This document shows positions 61,535-64,000 of a stretch of DNA of 64,000 nucleotides, one piece after another; the first letter of the stretch is position 1, and every line of letters starts with the position of its first letter. The stretch is taken from the NCBI GenBank assembly GCA_963664875.1, contig OY761611.1:160001-224000 (forward strand). The letters are read 5' to 3'. The notes beneath the pieces are model-generated. The model saw nothing but the letters and a program-made list of their open reading frames with translations. It ran no database searches and was not told where the DNA came from. Made by a program: the position numbers and the translations under genes. This DNA comes from Candidatus Kapaibacterium sp. GTDB taxonomy: Bacteria > Bacteroidota > Ignavibacteria > Kapaibacteriales > UBA2268.

Positions 61535-62407
61535 TTATCCTAATATTGTTTTTAATGTTTGCCAAGCTTGTTGTAGTTCGACAGAGATTTCATTTTGAGA
61601 TTCAGTCAATATTTCTCCGAGTGAGATTTTTTGAGATACTATTGAGCTATAAGGCAAAGAAGCTAATAGAGGAATACTTTCTTCTTCTAAAAAGTTCCTA
61701 ATTTCTAAGTATATTTCCGTGTTTAAGTCCGCTTTGTTTATTATGCAACAAGCCGGAATCTTGAATTTGTTTATCAAAGCCAGGACTCTTTTCAAATCCT
61801 GAAATGCTGATAAAGTTGGTTCGGTAACAAATAATACCATATTTGCACCCGAAAGGGAAGAAATGACAGGACAGCCGATACCGGGGGAGCCATCTACAAT
61901 AATAAAGTCTTTCTGCTCTTGTAAAGCTATTTCTTTTGCCTTTTTCTTTACATAGGCAACGAGTTTACCTGAATTATCAGCACCAATAGCGAGTTTGGCG
62001 TGTACCATTTTAGTGTTGGTCTTGACATTTGAAACAAAGAGATTGCCGACTTTTCTTTTGGTGTTATATATAGCTTTTACAGGACAAATCTTACTGCAAT
62101 ATCCACAGCCTTCGCAAGAGATTGGATCAACTTTATAGTTCATTCCTTTGTGATTGATAGCGTCAAATCTACATACTTCTTCGCATCTTCCACATGAAAT
62201 GCATATATCTTGAATTATGTGAGCAGATTCTCCACTGAAAAAGTCTTCAGTGCTGATTGTGTTAGGTTTCATCAGTAAGTGCATATCTGCAGCATCAACA
62301 TCGCAATCTGCAACAATAGCTGTACTTCCGGCAAGGTAAGCAAGTGAAGCTGTTACAGAAGTTTTACCGGTTCCTCCTTTACCTGAAATGACCACTATTT
62401 CTTTCAT
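61535..62407 (-). CDS. MinD/ParA-type ATPase with inserted 2x[4Fe-4S] ferredoxin
   Basis: SGKGGTGKT, DCDVD, CISCGRCEEVC, CEGCGYCSKIC, DGSPGIGCP. Confidence 0.9.
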   Translation of the reverse strand: MKEIVVISGKGGTGKTSVTASLAYLAGSTAIVADCDVDAADMHLLMKPNTISTEDFFSGESAHIIQDICISCGRCEEVCRFDAINHKGMNYKVDPISCEGCGYCSKICPVKAIYNTKRKVGNLFVSNVKTNTKMVHAKLAIGADNSGKLVAYVKKKAKEIALQEQKDFIIVDGSPGIGCPVISSLSGANMVLFVTEPTLSAFQDLKRVLALINKFKIPACCIINKADLNTEIYLEIRNFLEEESIPLLASLPYSSIVSQKISLGEILTESQNEISVELQQAWQTLKTILG

Positions 62408-63267
62408 GATTTACTTTGCTCCAGTTCAAGAATAAAATCGTAAATCGACTCAATTGCTATTAGAAAATTTGCATCATTTTCAATTAGTAGTTGACCGACA
62501 GAGTATAGTTTTGCAATGTTTCTATCTTCGGCTATAGAAACAATAATTGGTATATCGTTTTCGATGCAGTATTCTTCGACTCCTTTAAATTTATTACCAG
62601 CTCTATTGATTACGACAGAATAAGATTTGTTGAGCAAATCCAATGTCTCTACGGCAAGTTTTAAATCATTGAGCCCAAAGGGTGTCGGTTCAGTGATTAG
62701 AATCACGTAGTCAGAGTTTTTTGCAACTTCTATCATTGGACAAGATGTACCCGGAGGAGAGTCAAAAATAGCGAGTTGATTCTCTTTTTGGATATTATCC
62801 ACAAATTTCAGAGAGTTAGCAATTAAAGGTACAGCTTGTTCCTGACCAATATCTAATTTTGATTCAATAAAATCTAAAAGAGGAAGTTTGTAATGCGTAA
62901 TATTTCCCATTTCGACTTGTTGCATCGGTAAAGCTCCTACAGGGCAAAGCTCAGAGCAAGCATAACAGCTATGACAAAGATTTGGGAATACTAATATTTC
63001 ATCTGCGAGAGTAATTATAGCGTTAAAATTACAATTAGAAACACACTGATTGCAATTTGTACAAATAGAACGCTTCCAATCTGGAATAAATTTATACTGT
63101 CTGAAAGTTTGGGAATCATTAGAATTGATAAATATAGAAGCGTTTGGCTCTTCTACATCTAAATCAGCGAGAATAACTTTTCTTTTTTTTGAGATAAAGG
63201 CAGCAAGGTTTGTCGCTATTGTAGTTTTACCTGTACCACCTTTACCACTGGCAATCGCAATTTTCAT
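62404..63267 (-). CDS. MinD/ParA-type ATPase with inserted ferredoxin (paralog)
   Basis: SGKGGTGKT, DLDVEEPN, CTNCNQC, CHSCYAC, DSPPGTSCP, TEPTPFGLND. Confidence 0.9.
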   Translation of the reverse strand: MKIAIASGKGGTGKTTIATNLAAFISKKRKVILADLDVEEPNASIFINSNDSQTFRQYKFIPDWKRSICTNCNQCVSNCNFNAIITLADEILVFPNLCHSCYACSELCPVGALPMQQVEMGNITHYKLPLLDFIESKLDIGQEQAVPLIANSLKFVDNIQKENQLAIFDSPPGTSCPMIEVAKNSDYVILITEPTPFGLNDLKLAVETLDLLNKSYSVVINRAGNKFKGVEEYCIENDIPIIVSIAEDRNIAKLYSVGQLLIENDANFLIAIESIYDFILELEQSKS

Positions 63268-63281
63268 TTTTCAATCTTTTC

Positions 63282-63626
63282 TTAATGGTCGCAGAGATTA
63301 CTACCTGTTGCCAAGTTGTTGCTTAGATATGATTTTACTAATTCTGTAGGGCTTCCGGCAGTAACTCCCATACATACTTCAATATTATTTTCTGCAAATA
63401 AGTCTTGAGCTTTTTGACCCATGCCACCGGCAATAATAACATGTACTCCTTGATCTGCAAGAAAACGAGGATAAACTCCGGGCTGATGCACAGGAGGCTC
63501 TACCATTGATTCATTTGTTATAGCACCGTCGATTGTTTCGAGAACTGCAAACTTTTCGCAATGACCAAAATGAGCACAAAGTTTTCCTGATTCAGTTGGC
63601 ACAGCAAATTTAATAGACTTTGACAT
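63282..63626 (-). CDS. NifB/NifX-family protein
   Basis: LCAHFGHC, IIAGGMG, NLCDH. Confidence 0.88.
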   Translation of the reverse strand: MSKSIKFAVPTESGKLCAHFGHCEKFAVLETIDGAITNESMVEPPVHQPGVYPRFLADQGVHVIIAGGMGQKAQDLFAENNIEVCMGVTAGSPTELVKSYLSNNLATGSNLCDH

Positions 63627-63866
63627 AGTAATAATCCTTTTTAGGTATAAGTTTGATTTAAGCTTATGTATATTTTGAGAAATATATCAATGTTTTTGCG
63701 AATCTAATCACAGTGTAAATGTTTACATAAGGAAGATAAATGTATATATTTCAATCAGTAAAGTGTATTTACCTAATATAGTGAAAGGAAGAAAGCAAGG
63801 AGAGATTTATGCATGATTTACCTGTTGAGTATAAGAACAAAACACTTGCTTTCTTCCCAAAATTCA

Positions 63867-64000
63867 CTAACCCTTTTTAAAAATTATATTTTCTAATGCG
63901 TTCAGCCTGTCTGAGATAGTTTGCATGAAGCTGTTACCATTTTCGTTAGCTCTACCTCTGCCTTGTCCACGCATTTTTCCTCTTCCACCTTGTCCGCGGC
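63867..64000 (-). CDS. Partial Gly/Arg-rich small protein (DUF5320-like), 3' end only
   Basis: Manual translation ...RGQGGRGKMRGQGRGRANENGNSFMQTISDRLNALENIIFKKG*; such proteins typically neighbour NifX/ATPase clusters. Confidence 0.6.
   Translation of the reverse strand, partial: RGQGGRGKMRGQGRGRANENGNSFMQTISDRLNALENIIFKKG

Noticed and set aside
980-63349. Numerous short ORFs overlapping long genes (e.g. 980-1396, 12537-12917, 34276-34611)
   Set aside because: Antisense or alternate-frame shadows of well-supported genes, with no motifs.
61190-63626. Nitrogen fixation genes
   Set aside because: NifX-like domains and MinD-type ATPases only; no nifH/D/K motifs.

Overview
AT-rich bacterial chromosomal window, most consistent with an FCB-group organism of the Kapabacteria/Ignavibacteria type: it has T9SS C-terminal-domain proteins, porX-tsaE and a Bacteroidota-like ClpB Walker A, but clear Shine-Dalgarno motifs (taxonomy is inference). 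Most of it is housekeeping (sucD, ndk, rsmE, xerD, tsaE, kbl, mrdA, nuoD, trmH), plus exported peptidases (M16 x3, M3, S9, signal-peptide-bearing TldD/TldE), four sensor histidine kinases and an ORP-type NifX/MinD-ferredoxin/DUF89 cluster. Four things stand out. (1) A ClpB gene starts de novo inside the M-domain with its own ATG/RBS, suggesting a split ClpB. (2) A ~3.1 kb AT-rich cassette array directly behind xerD holds toxin-less Rhs-core remnants, a repeated pre-gene element and two pairs of related putative immunity genes. (3) A REP-like element is nested inside a copy of itself and truncates the Rhs remnant. (4) A tight cluster of four DnaA-box-like 9-mers sits at 36.4 kb. No rRNA, tRNA, CRISPR array or intact transposase was seen.
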